Source of the DNA: Halobacteriovoraceae bacterium
GTDB taxonomy: Bacteria; Bdellovibrionota; Bacteriovoracia; Bacteriovoracales; Bacteriovoracaceae
DNA: 64,000 nucleotides
Reading direction: 5' to 3'
NCBI GenBank assembly: GCA_963719505.1
Contig: CAVRCF010000005.1
Coordinates: 960,001-1,024,000 of the forward strand
Under the pieces are notes generated by a model. It saw only the letters and a program-made list of their open reading frames with translations. It did no database searches and had not been told where the DNA came from. Made by a program: the position numbers and the translations under genes. Below, in pieces: positions 49,063 to 58,660 of this stretch. Numbering within the stretch: the stretch's first letter is position 1; every line of letters begins with the position of its first letter.

Positions 49063-50037
49063 TTAAAATAGATTTTTTCTGTTCTTTAATATTATTTCTA
49101 ATCGCTCTAAAGCAATGGCGTTAAAGAGATTGTACTCAGGATGCTTTAGAAACTTCTGCGTCGCTTGGCTTTCTTGAGAATAGTTTTTGACACCTTCAAA
49201 TGCTATTTTATCATTCGTTAAACCTTCAACAACCTTAGCAAACTCCACCTCATTCATTGTAGGGATCACATAGAACTGCAGATAAGCTGTTTTTGCAAGA
49301 AGGTGTTCGGGATATTTATTCATAAACTTTTCAAATATCTCTTTACCCTTCTCTAGTGAGCCTCCAAGCATGCGTGGTCTTCCTGCTTCATAGATAGCAT
49401 CAAAAAGATAACAACTTCCATTTTCAAAATCATATCCCTGCTCACAGACCCAATCAATCAGAGCTTTAACGGTTCCCAAGTTTGCCATCATAGAGACGTC
49501 TTCTCTTTGAAGATTAATCATCCCCCCCCAGGCTTGTGCAAAATAGAAAACAGCAACTCGATCATCTGGCGAGAGTTCACTGTCGAGCTTTTTTGAAATA
49601 TTGAGAGGAGCTGCTTTATCAAAGAGTTCTTTCTGGGAAATATCATTGAGCTTCATGAACTCTAACCCGTAACGAAACGCCTTTGTGTAATTGTAGAGAG
49701 CTTGTTGTTTATTGCCTTCATAATCGTTATCGGACAATTGATCTTCAAGGTATTGTGTTTCATTGATACCATAAGCGACTCCTGAGTACCCCTTAACAAG
49801 AAGGCTTAGGAGATTTTCATTTTCTTTTTGAGAAAACCAAAGTCCTTCAATGACTTTTAAATTGGGTGCCGCAGACTTTTTAAAAAACTGGTAATTTGCC
49901 TCTGTATTGATCTCTTGGGCACCATCTTTAAGGATTCCAGAGGTTGCATTTACGCCTACAGAGCGAAACATTTGGCACGATGATGCTAGAAGAACGACAG
50001 CTATGATGCCCAGTGAAGTGATAAATTGATTTCTCAT
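49063..50037 (-). CDS. TRAP-associated TatT lipoprotein (TPAT system)
   Basis: Lipobox LASSC, helical body, RPRMLGG and NLFNAIA motifs; directly upstream of dctP. Confidence 0.8.
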   Translation of the reverse strand: MRNQFITSLGIIAVVLLASSCQMFRSVGVNATSGILKDGAQEINTEANYQFFKKSAAPNLKVIEGLWFSQKENENLLSLLVKGYSGVAYGINETQYLEDQLSDNDYEGNKQQALYNYTKAFRYGLEFMKLNDISQKELFDKAAPLNISKKLDSELSPDDRVAVFYFAQAWGGMINLQREDVSMMANLGTVKALIDWVCEQGYDFENGSCYLFDAIYEAGRPRMLGGSLEKGKEIFEKFMNKYPEHLLAKTAYLQFYVIPTMNEVEFAKVVEGLTNDKIAFEGVKNYSQESQATQKFLKHPEYNLFNAIALERLEIILKNRKNLF

Positions 50038-50179
50038 TCCTTGATTCCTAATGTTAAATATCTGAAATTACTTAAGATTTTATATGAATTTTGAAACTTT
50101 GCTCTATTTATGCAAAACTAAGACATATTTTCCTACTCATATGCAATTATCATCATATTGTGTTAAAATGGGATAAGCC

Positions 50180-50206
50180 TTAAGTTTTAGTGACTTATGG
50201 CGATAA
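50180..50206 (+). promoter_or_regulatory. Sigma28 (FliA)-type promoter
   Basis: TTAAGTTT-N11-GGCGATAA against consensus TAAAGTTT-N11-GCCGATAA. Confidence 0.6.
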
Positions 50207-50359
50207 GAAATTAATCAACAAAACAGGAGTTGTTTATTGGACAATTTTGGCTCGTTTTGATTAACTGAAAGACCAGATGAATAAGTTTCTATAGGTAATT
50301 TAGTTAAGCTCAAAACCAAAAAAAGAGAAAACTAAACTTAAACCTTAAAGGAACTTGTT

Positions 50360-50542
50360 ATGAAAACAACAGAAAAAGCACTCACTTCAAATGAGATTAA
50401 AGACAAAAAAATTCTATTAAAGCCTACTCTATTACAAAATAGAAGTGTCAGGCCTGCTAAATCAATGATGAGACTTAGAAGCTTAAAGCCAAAGAGAATT
50501 GAAGTTGGTACGACTCTAAGACGCAAACCGATAAAAGCGTAA
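50360..50542 (+). CDS. Small highly basic hypothetical protein (60 aa)
   Basis: AAGGA SD; 18 K/R versus 4 D/E; downstream of the sigma28-like promoter. Confidence 0.55.
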   Translation: MKTTEKALTSNEIKDKKILLKPTLLQNRSVRPAKSMMRLRSLKPKRIEVGTTLRRKPIKA

Positions 50543-50543
50543 A

Positions 50544-50987
50544 CTATTTTAATTTTTCAGAAAGATCATCGAGGGCCATAAGGCTCTCTTTTTTTATGCC
50601 ATCAAGTCTCACTAATTGACTTTTATGTTCCTTCTTTAAGGCCTTCTCTCGTAGTTTAAAAATTTCATTTACATATTTTTTTCTAAAGTAGATTAGTTCA
50701 AGCAAACAGAGTTTTCTCTCTTCTTTAGAAAGCTTTGCTCTTTTGCTTTGTTCTACACCCTGCTCGCCCACTTCAATTGCGGTAAACTCTCCAGTACATT
50801 CTTTTTCTCTACTTTGAATATAGTAGTTGAAATTTTTTGTATAACGAGAGATTTTCTCCTCTAAACCTTCTTCCACTTGATCTAAAACTTTGATCTCATT
50901 TTCCAATGACCTCTTGGTTATTTCAGAAAGAGTTTCCACTCCCCAACTAAGAGGAATAAAGATAAGACTAAGTATTAAAAATTTCAT
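50544..50987 (-). CDS. Secreted coiled-coil hypothetical protein
   Basis: Signal peptide MKFLILSLIFIPLSWG; two Cys. Confidence 0.65.
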   Translation of the reverse strand: MKFLILSLIFIPLSWGVETLSEITKRSLENEIKVLDQVEEGLEEKISRYTKNFNYYIQSREKECTGEFTAIEVGEQGVEQSKRAKLSKEERKLCLLELIYFRKKYVNEIFKLREKALKKEHKSQLVRLDGIKKESLMALDDLSEKLK

Positions 50988-51573
50988 GCAGTCCTTTGTA
51001 GTCTGTCTCAAGAAAAGTTAATAATTCTTTTAGAACAGTATTTATAGGAAATCCCATAACATTAGAATAACTCCCATCAAGCGATTTTACAAAGCTCAAT
51101 GCGCTTCCTTGCACTCCATATGCTCCCGCTTTATCCATTGGGTCGTTGGTTTTAACGTACTGGCCAATGAGGTGGGGATCAATTTTCTCAAAAACAACAG
51201 AGGTCTTTTCATAGAAGTTTTTAACCTCTCCGCTATATGACAAGCTCACTCCCGTATAGACCTCATGCGTTTTCCCAGAGAGCATATTGAGAGTTGCCTT
51301 CGCTTCTTCGTGATCTTTTGGTTTTCCAAGAACTCTTTCATTGTAATAAACAATTGTATCAGAACCAATAATTAAGTGGTCACTTGGATCAAATTTTTTT
51401 GCGACTTCAGAGGCTTTTTGACGGGCCAGATCCATGACAATAGAACCTGGATCGACCTCATTTGTTCGCTCCTCAATATCACTTGAAGATGTGATGAATG
51501 GAAGGAACAGATGACCTAAGAGCTCCTTTCTTCTTGGAGAAGATGAAGCGAGAACCAATTTAATTTTTTGCAT
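50968..51573 (-). CDS. maf: Maf-family nucleoside triphosphate pyrophosphatase
   Basis: LASSSPRRKELL, GSDTIV, LGKP, DKAGAYGVQ and SNVMGFP motifs. Confidence 0.95.
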   Translation of the reverse strand: MQKIKLVLASSSPRRKELLGHLFLPFITSSSDIEERTNEVDPGSIVMDLARQKASEVAKKFDPSDHLIIGSDTIVYYNERVLGKPKDHEEAKATLNMLSGKTHEVYTGVSLSYSGEVKNFYEKTSVVFEKIDPHLIGQYVKTNDPMDKAGAYGVQGSALSFVKSLDGSYSNVMGFPINTVLKELLTFLETDYKGLHEIFNT

Positions 51574-53029
51574 ATTTTAACACCCAAATATAATATTCTG
51601 TATCTGTAAGCTCTGGAATAATAAGTTTTTTATTAATATACCTTCCTTTGAGTTTACTCAAGTAAGATTCAAATGATGCTTGAAAGTACTCAGGGGAAAA
51701 CACCTCTGCCTTACCAGCAAAGACTTTGGAGACTGAAGCTAGATTCGTGGTCTCCACTCGACGAGAATACTCTAAAAGATACGCCTGCCTTTGAGAAAAC
51801 TCCTCATTCGTCCATAGACGATATCCATAGCTTTGAGCAAAGTCCTTTTCATCAAGGGACTCAATATTTAAAAACTTAAATTTCTGTTCGAGTAAAATCT
51901 CTCGGGCCAAGTGAATGGCTGGAATTCTTTTGACAAGCAAATCAATTTTTCGAAACTCAAGACCTAAATCAACTGTTGAAATTTCCCGCCCCTCTTTATC
52001 GACCTCGAACCACTGATCAAAGGCATAAGTTTCTGTCTCTTTATTTGTATAGCCTCGCTTCATCGTAAAGAAGAATGACTCTCTTTTGTCAGCGGTTTTA
52101 AACCTATCAATTGATTTTTGAACTCTAAAATTTCCAAGGCCATTGACTCCATAAAACATATCCAGATTGGCATTAACCGCCTTTAAAGTGATGTTAGGTG
52201 TAACAACAAATATTTCATTATTTCTTTTATTTAAGTAATGATCTTCCTTTAGAAAATCATTTAAATTTTTAAATTGAGAAAAGTGGCCCAGGTTCTTTTT
52301 GGTGAGATAGATCTGTCGCTGAGAATGATTTAACTTTTGATATTCCAATCGAGAGAAAAACTCCCGGTTAGCTTTCTTTATCTTTAAAGGATAGAAGCCT
52401 TGATCAGTCTCTGCCATATTATCGGTACTAAACACTCCAACCTCTCGTCTTATAGACTTTATATGTCCATGGTTTAGGCGCAAAGAGACAAAAGAGTTTG
52501 TTTGAGAGAAGTTTACTTCATTCAGGGTGATAGACGTTTTAGCTGAAACTCTCAAAAGAGTCCCATCGGCCAAAAGAATCCAAGCCCCAGAATCAGATTC
52601 TGTTTGAAATTCATCTCCTTCAAAAAGCCTTGAAGAATGACCTGCTGTTACTTTGTACTCACCTCTATATATCGAGCAACTATTCATACAACTAATGACT
52701 TCACCAAACTTTTCTTCGAAAGTTGACTCTCTCAGTCTTTGCTTCCAATTTGGCATGCTATCTCTTTGCTCTCTTTCTCTAAGCCATTGATTATAATCGA
52801 GCCACGTAGAGGTATCGAGAGACTTCCAATTGATCAGACTCTTTCCCTGTTCTTTATATTCATAGCCATCGACGTCTATTTCAGACTTCTTGACTTCCCA
52901 GTCATCGCTATGAGTCAAAACCTTGGAACTTAGTATTCCAGCACTTTTCATAAGGGCTTCGTCAGCAACGGTTAATGCAAAAGCTGAAAAACTAAAAATT
53001 AAGCATAATATCCAATAAATTCTCTTCAT
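51560..53029 (-). CDS. Secreted protein with a FecR-like domain
   Basis: Signal peptide; LFEGDEFQT...LADGTLLRVSAKTSI FecR pattern. Confidence 0.65.
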   Translation of the reverse strand: MKRIYWILCLIFSFSAFALTVADEALMKSAGILSSKVLTHSDDWEVKKSEIDVDGYEYKEQGKSLINWKSLDTSTWLDYNQWLREREQRDSMPNWKQRLRESTFEEKFGEVISCMNSCSIYRGEYKVTAGHSSRLFEGDEFQTESDSGAWILLADGTLLRVSAKTSITLNEVNFSQTNSFVSLRLNHGHIKSIRREVGVFSTDNMAETDQGFYPLKIKKANREFFSRLEYQKLNHSQRQIYLTKKNLGHFSQFKNLNDFLKEDHYLNKRNNEIFVVTPNITLKAVNANLDMFYGVNGLGNFRVQKSIDRFKTADKRESFFFTMKRGYTNKETETYAFDQWFEVDKEGREISTVDLGLEFRKIDLLVKRIPAIHLAREILLEQKFKFLNIESLDEKDFAQSYGYRLWTNEEFSQRQAYLLEYSRRVETTNLASVSKVFAGKAEVFSPEYFQASFESYLSKLKGRYINKKLIIPELTDTEYYIWVLKYAKN

Positions 53030-53139
53030 ATTTAACTTATCGACACTTATTTAACCTACTCAAATCATTCAGAATTTGTTAGCTTTGAATGAAAACTTTT
53101 CCCTATTAAATGCCGGTAAAAACCGAGGAGATAACTCAA

Positions 53140-56100
53140 ATGAGTGACACTATTTCTAACTTTTCCTTCGCTGAATCAGAAAAAAATATCCTAGTATTTT
53201 GGAAGGATAATGATATTTTCAAAAAAACACTAGAGAAGACCAAAAAGATGGAGCCCTATATATTTTATGATGGACCTCCTTTTGCGACGGGTCTCCCTCA
53301 TCACGGACATCTAGTAGCATCGACTCTTAAAGATATTATTCCACGCTATTTTACGATGAAAGGTCGCTACGTTTCCAGAAAGTGGGGATGGGACACTCAT
53401 GGACTTCCCATTGAACAACAAATAGATAAGAAATTTGGAATGAGTGCAAACGACTATGTAGAACAACATGGAGTAAAAGCCTATTGTGACGCCTGTAGAG
53501 AGATTGTTCTCACTTACACAAGCCAATGGGAAAGTACCATAGAGAGAATGGGCCGCTGGGTCGACTTTGAAAATCAATACAAGACGATGGATCCAGATTT
53601 TATGGAAAGCGTTTGGTGGGTTTTTAAATCGTGTTGGGACAAAGGATTAATTTATAAAGGCAATAAAATTGTTCCCTACTCTCCCGCTCTAGAGACAGGG
53701 CTATCTAATTTTGAAGCGACATCAAATTATAAAGATGTTCAAGATCCCGCAGTCACAGTTCTCTTTAAATTAGAAAACAGCGATGAACACTTTGCCGCTT
53801 GGACAACGACTCCTTGGACCCTTCCCAGTAATTTGGCCCTCATTGTAAACAATGATATTGACTACGTCTTAGTTCACGAAAAAACCAAAGATATAAAGTT
53901 CTACATCGCCAAAGAAAGAATAGAGTCCTACAAAAAAGGTCATGACTTTGAAGAACTTAAAACCGTTAAAGGATCAAGCCTTGTTGGTCTAAGATACGAG
54001 CCACTTTTTAACTATTTCAAAGAAGAAGCTAAAAATGGGGCGTTTCAAGTTTTAGCTGACGACTATGTTACAACCAGCGACGGAACCGGTATCGTTCACT
54101 CTGCTCCAGCTTTTGGAGAAGACGATAATAGAGTTTTAAAAGAAAACAATATTAGCGCTATTGTGTGTCCAATCAATAAAAAAGGACAGTTTACAAACGA
54201 AGTCTCTGACTTTGCGGGTCTTTTTATAAAAGATGCGGATAAAGAAATCATCAAAGCCCTTAAAGATAAAAATCTTCTTTTCCATCAGTCGGTTCTTGTC
54301 CACTCTTATCCGTTTTGTTATCGAACAGATACTCCCCTTATCTACATGGCCATGCCTCAGTGGTATCTAAGTGTTGATACTATTAAAGATAAAATGCAAA
54401 AAGCGAACGCCCAAATTAACTGGGTACCAGAGCACATAAAAGAGGGACGCTTTGGTAAGTGGCTCGACGGAGCAAGAGACTGGGCGATATCAAGAAGTCG
54501 TTTTTGGGGAACTCCTCTACCAGTATGGGTTAATGAGACAACAGGAAATACTATCTGTATTGGCTCATTTGAAGAGTTGGAAAAGTATACAGGAAAGAAA
54601 GTGGACGACCTCCATCGAGAGACCGTCGATGAACTCGACTTTAAAATTGACGGGGAACTGGGAGAATATAAGAGAATACCAGAAGTTTTTGACTGTTGGT
54701 TTGAATCTGGATCAATGCCTTATGCACAACTTCACTACCCGTTTGAAAACAAAGAAATTTTTGAAAAAGGTTTTCCAGCTGAGTTTATCGCTGAAGGCCT
54801 AGATCAAACCAGAGGATGGTTTTACACTCTTACCGTTTTATCTGCCGCTTTGTTTGATAAGCCCGCCTTTAAAAATGTTATCGTCAATGGGATGGTAATG
54901 GCATCTGACGGGAAGAAGATGAGTAAAAGCTTAAAGAACTACACGGCTCCCGATAGTCTTATGGAAGACTTTGGTGCCGATGCTTTAAGGCTGACTTTCA
55001 TCACCTCCGCACTAGTTAAAGGTGAAGAGTTAAAGTTCACCGATGAGGGTGTTAAAGACATGGTTCGTCGAGCGCTCTTACCGTGGTTTAACTCCTTTAA
55101 ATTCTTTCAAACATACGCCAAGGTCGATGAATTCGACGTTGAAAAAGATCTTAAATTTGGTGAAAACATTTTAGATAAATGGATACTATCCAAGCTTCAA
55201 ACTCTTAAAAAAGAGGTGAATCAACAAATGGATGAATACAAGCTCTATAATGTTGTTCCTAAGCTTTTTGATTTTATTGAAGACTTAACAAACTGGTACA
55301 TCAGACTTAATAGAAGAAGATTTTGGGAAGGTGCGAACCTTACAGATGACAAGGCTTGTGCCTACTCTACTCTGTACACGGCCTTGAGAGAGCTCAGTAA
55401 GATAATGGCGCCGTTTGCACCATTTCTATCTGAGTTTATTTACTTAGAGTTAAAGAAAAACTTTAACGAAGACCTTCCTGAATCTGTCCATCTTTGTGAC
55501 TATCCTGAATTTGATGAAAAATTCATCGACGCAAGTCTTGAGGATTCTGTTATAAGGATGCAAGAACTTATTCTTTTAGGCAGGCAAAAGAGAAATCAAA
55601 GTCTCATCAAAGTTAAAACTCCTCTATCCAAATTAACAGTCATCCATCAAGACCAAAACCTCCTTGACGGAATCTCTAAACTTGAAAGTTTTATTAAGGT
55701 AGAACTCAATGTCAAAGAAGTTGCGTACGACAATAATGAAGATGCTCATATAAAACTTTATGCCAAGCCAAACTCAAGAGTACTGGGGAAAAAGCTTGGA
55801 AAAGATTTTAAAAAGTTTTTTGGTCCTATATCCCAAATTGCTTCCATGGACCTAAAGAAAGTTGAGGCTGGGGAAAACATCGTGCTGATGGAGCAAACTC
55901 TTGAACCTGAAGATCTATTGATATACAGAGAGGCTCAGAAAGACTCAAATGCCATTTCTAATCGATGGATCTCTATCGATCTAGACACGATACTAACGGA
56001 TGACCTTATTAACGAAGGACTTGCACGAGAAGTGGTAAATAGAATACAGCGAACGAGAAAAGACTTAGGGTTTAATGTTGAAGATAGAATCGTTGTGACA

Positions 56101-56274
56101 GCATCGACCGACGAGAAACTACAAACTATTATTGAGGATTTTTCAGACTATATAAAGTCTGAGACGCTGACGACTCAAATTAACTTTGAAAAAGCTTTGT
56201 CTGATTCTCCACAGAACACGGTGAAGACGGATATTGATGCTGTTGAACTTATTCTAAAACTAGAGCGAGTATAA
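53140..56274 (+). CDS. ileS: Isoleucyl-tRNA synthetase, type 2 (eukaryote/archaea-like)
   Basis: GPPFATGLPHHGH, WTTTPWTLPSN, GLDQTRGWF and KMSKS motifs; C-terminal EGLAREVVNRIQ; GAGGAG SD before ATG 53140. Confidence 0.97.
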   Translation: MSDTISNFSFAESEKNILVFWKDNDIFKKTLEKTKKMEPYIFYDGPPFATGLPHHGHLVASTLKDIIPRYFTMKGRYVSRKWGWDTHGLPIEQQIDKKFGMSANDYVEQHGVKAYCDACREIVLTYTSQWESTIERMGRWVDFENQYKTMDPDFMESVWWVFKSCWDKGLIYKGNKIVPYSPALETGLSNFEATSNYKDVQDPAVTVLFKLENSDEHFAAWTTTPWTLPSNLALIVNNDIDYVLVHEKTKDIKFYIAKERIESYKKGHDFEELKTVKGSSLVGLRYEPLFNYFKEEAKNGAFQVLADDYVTTSDGTGIVHSAPAFGEDDNRVLKENNISAIVCPINKKGQFTNEVSDFAGLFIKDADKEIIKALKDKNLLFHQSVLVHSYPFCYRTDTPLIYMAMPQWYLSVDTIKDKMQKANAQINWVPEHIKEGRFGKWLDGARDWAISRSRFWGTPLPVWVNETTGNTICIGSFEELEKYTGKKVDDLHRETVDELDFKIDGELGEYKRIPEVFDCWFESGSMPYAQLHYPFENKEIFEKGFPAEFIAEGLDQTRGWFYTLTVLSAALFDKPAFKNVIVNGMVMASDGKKMSKSLKNYTAPDSLMEDFGADALRLTFITSALVKGEELKFTDEGVKDMVRRALLPWFNSFKFFQTYAKVDEFDVEKDLKFGENILDKWILSKLQTLKKEVNQQMDEYKLYNVVPKLFDFIEDLTNWYIRLNRRRFWEGANLTDDKACAYSTLYTALRELSKIMAPFAPFLSEFIYLELKKNFNEDLPESVHLCDYPEFDEKFIDASLEDSVIRMQELILLGRQKRNQSLIKVKTPLSKLTVIHQDQNLLDGISKLESFIKVELNVKEVAYDNNEDAHIKLYAKPNSRVLGKKLGKDFKKFFGPISQIASMDLKKVEAGENIVLMEQTLEPEDLLIYREAQKDSNAISNRWISIDLDTILTDDLINEGLAREVVNRIQRTRKDLGFNVEDRIVVTASTDEKLQTIIEDFSDYIKSETLTTQINFEKALSDSPQNTVKTDIDAVELILKLERV

Positions 56275-56276
56275 CA

Positions 56277-56927
56277 ATGAATGCAATAGAGAATTTTATC
56301 CATTCGAGTGAAAGTTTTATTATTAAACAAAAAAAAGAATGGATAGAGATTTTCTCTGGCATAGAGACAAAAAATAAATATTCTGTTTTGAATGATCAAA
56401 TGAAAGAGATAGGCTTTATCCTTGAAGAAGGCAGTGGATTTACCCATTTTATCAAAAGATGGCTTCTTCGCTCTCACAGACCTTTTGACATTACTGTTCT
56501 CGACAGTGAAGGACATAAAATTCTTTCACTCAGTCGAAAGTTTTTTTGGTTTTTCTCTGATTTGAATGTTTCCTTCGATAATAAAAATTACGGCTCAATT
56601 CATAGAAGATTTTCAATTTTTTTTAAACATTACGATGTCCTAGATGCTAATGGAGCCTTTGTTTTTCAAGTAAGAAGCCCTTTTTGGAGAATATGGACCT
56701 TTCCAGCCAAGCGAGAAAACGGTTCACAGGTGGGCTTAGTCACTAAAAAATGGCAAGGATTAATAAAAGAAGCTTTTACAGACAGCGATGCTTTTATGAT
56801 CAAGGCCAATGCAGATCTATCCATAGAGACGAAGATTCTTCTTTTTTGCTGTGGTATATCAATAGACTTTGACTACTTCGAAAATAATCAAGGCAGCGGT
56901 AGTCTCTTTGATTTTGTGGGTACTTAA
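56277..56927 (+). CDS. Phospholipid scramblase/LURP-one-like protein
   Basis: KQKKEWIEIFSGIETKNKY, VTKKWQGLIKEAFTDSDAF and IDFDYFE motifs. Confidence 0.8.
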   Translation: MNAIENFIHSSESFIIKQKKEWIEIFSGIETKNKYSVLNDQMKEIGFILEEGSGFTHFIKRWLLRSHRPFDITVLDSEGHKILSLSRKFFWFFSDLNVSFDNKNYGSIHRRFSIFFKHYDVLDANGAFVFQVRSPFWRIWTFPAKRENGSQVGLVTKKWQGLIKEAFTDSDAFMIKANADLSIETKILLFCCGISIDFDYFENNQGSGSLFDFVGT

Positions 56928-57730
56928 TGAAATACTTTCTTATCCTTCTTATCGCTTTTATTAATACATGTTTTGCCTATTCGCCCAAAGACATTGATAT
57001 TACAAAGTTTGAGTACGTCAGATATGTAAAACCCCAACTTAAAAGTATTGTCCAAAGTTACAAAACTCTCCTTATAGGTCTTACTCCTGAGATTCAAAAG
57101 ATTTCAAAAGCCTTCGACCTAAAGATGGACTTTTATACCTTTGAAAGAGATATTCCGAATACCTGTGAACAAAAACGTGGGTCAAATTGTAAGATGCATC
57201 TAGGACCTCTGTCAGATTCTCTACAAGAGCTTATTGTTGTTATCGACCTCGAGATTGATTACAAAGAGATTAAAAATCTCACTTTGGAAGAGAAAATCAA
57301 AGCACAAAATGCAAGAATGTCTCTAAAGCTTCAGATCATTAAGTTGTTGGAAACGATTCAAGAACTTAATTTGCAGATGACGATCGCTATCACAAAAAAG
57401 TTATCGATGATGGACTTAAAAAAAGATATCCTTCAAGTTGTCTCAAAGCTCGATACTTACCTTTTATTTTTAACCGACAATAGATTTCGTGGGGATCTTA
57501 CTGACTTTCAAACGAGTTTTATAACACCTGTAACGAAGTTTATTATCCTTAGAGATAACCAGCAGGTCTTTATTCAGAATATAGATGAATTTAATATTAG
57601 GCTAAATGCAATTGCGATGAGAATAACTAAGTACAACTTTCCTGTGGATAATAAAGTGAAGACTTTAATAAATATTATGCATAACCGCTGGAATAATATT
57701 CTTAAAGTCTCACTTATTACTAATCCATAA
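56927..57730 (+). CDS. Secreted helical hypothetical protein
   Basis: Signal peptide; TAATG coupling to the scramblase gene. Confidence 0.65.
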   Translation: MKYFLILLIAFINTCFAYSPKDIDITKFEYVRYVKPQLKSIVQSYKTLLIGLTPEIQKISKAFDLKMDFYTFERDIPNTCEQKRGSNCKMHLGPLSDSLQELIVVIDLEIDYKEIKNLTLEEKIKAQNARMSLKLQIIKLLETIQELNLQMTIAITKKLSMMDLKKDILQVVSKLDTYLLFLTDNRFRGDLTDFQTSFITPVTKFIILRDNQQVFIQNIDEFNIRLNAIAMRITKYNFPVDNKVKTLINIMHNRWNNILKVSLITNP

Positions 57731-58600
57731 TTATAATTTTCTAAGACCTTTTACTCTACTAATGTAAGTGACACCTTCACCTGTATCGTTACTTTCATTG
57801 GCAAGATAGTTAGAAACATAACAGCCATTTCTATAAACGTAGTCTCTTTCACCACGAACTAAAATACCTTCAACTTCACCTGTTGCAACGTTAATAACTG
57901 CTGATCCAGAGTTTCCACCGTATGTATCAAGGTTAGCCTTAAAATAGTTTCTCTTTCTTTTTAATACCTTTGCACCATCTGCAATCTTCGTTGGAAGTCC
58001 ACTTGGATGACCAATAACGACAAGTTCAGTTCCTTTTTTTACTCTTCCTCTTCTTCTAAACTTTAAAGGCGTTTTTCCAACAACAGGTCTATCAAGCTCA
58101 ATAAGAGCGTAGTCTTTGTTTGGTCTACCAGTCAGCTTCGTCGAGACAATCGATTTACATTTATAGATTGAATCTGCTGTAAGAGTTGTATTCGCTTCTG
58201 TTTCGTTATTCATTTTATAGTCAAAAACCCAGTGATTATTACGACAATCACTCATGTCTTCCACACAGTGTCCTGCAGTAACGATATGTCTGTCACTGAC
58301 AAGAAATCCTGAACAGCTCGCAACAGTTGGTTGGTCTTTAAATTTTTCTGTCGCACAGACTCTTTTTCCATTAGAAAGCGTAGTCCTTGTTTCCAGAGAA
58401 TAAAGCTCACCGTCTTTTGTTATTTTTGATTTTTTGATCATCGCCGCTGTTGATTTAGACAATTCCACGAAGTCAGACCTAGTCGATTCGTATACGTCGA
58501 CTCTATCATCATTTCCGTATATAACTTTTTCGTTCATGTTCACTGTTGTTGCACTTGCACTGAGAGCAACAACGTTGAGAAGTATTGCTAATTTTTTCAT
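57731..58600 (-). CDS. Secreted trypsin-like serine protease
   Basis: Signal peptide; VIYGNDDR, TAGHC, DYALI and GNSGS triad motifs. Confidence 0.92.
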   Translation of the reverse strand: MKKLAILLNVVALSASATTVNMNEKVIYGNDDRVDVYESTRSDFVELSKSTAAMIKKSKITKDGELYSLETRTTLSNGKRVCATEKFKDQPTVASCSGFLVSDRHIVTAGHCVEDMSDCRNNHWVFDYKMNNETEANTTLTADSIYKCKSIVSTKLTGRPNKDYALIELDRPVVGKTPLKFRRRGRVKKGTELVVIGHPSGLPTKIADGAKVLKRKRNYFKANLDTYGGNSGSAVINVATGEVEGILVRGERDYVYRNGCYVSNYLANESNDTGEGVTYISRVKGLRKL

Positions 58601-58626
58601 GTTTATCCTTGGGGTAAAGATTATAT

Positions 58627-58652
58627 AAAAGCCTCATCTCTAGTGATGAGGC
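58627..58652 (-). terminator. Terminator between the two protease genes
   Basis: GCCTCATC-N6-GATGAGGC stem followed by TTTT on the minus strand. Confidence 0.7.
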
Positions 58653-58660
58653 ATAGTTGA

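Noticed and set aside
53037-53063. Sigma28 promoter (GTCGATAA) before the FecR-like gene
   Set aside because: The -10 is plausible but the -35 (TTGAGTAG) is a poor match
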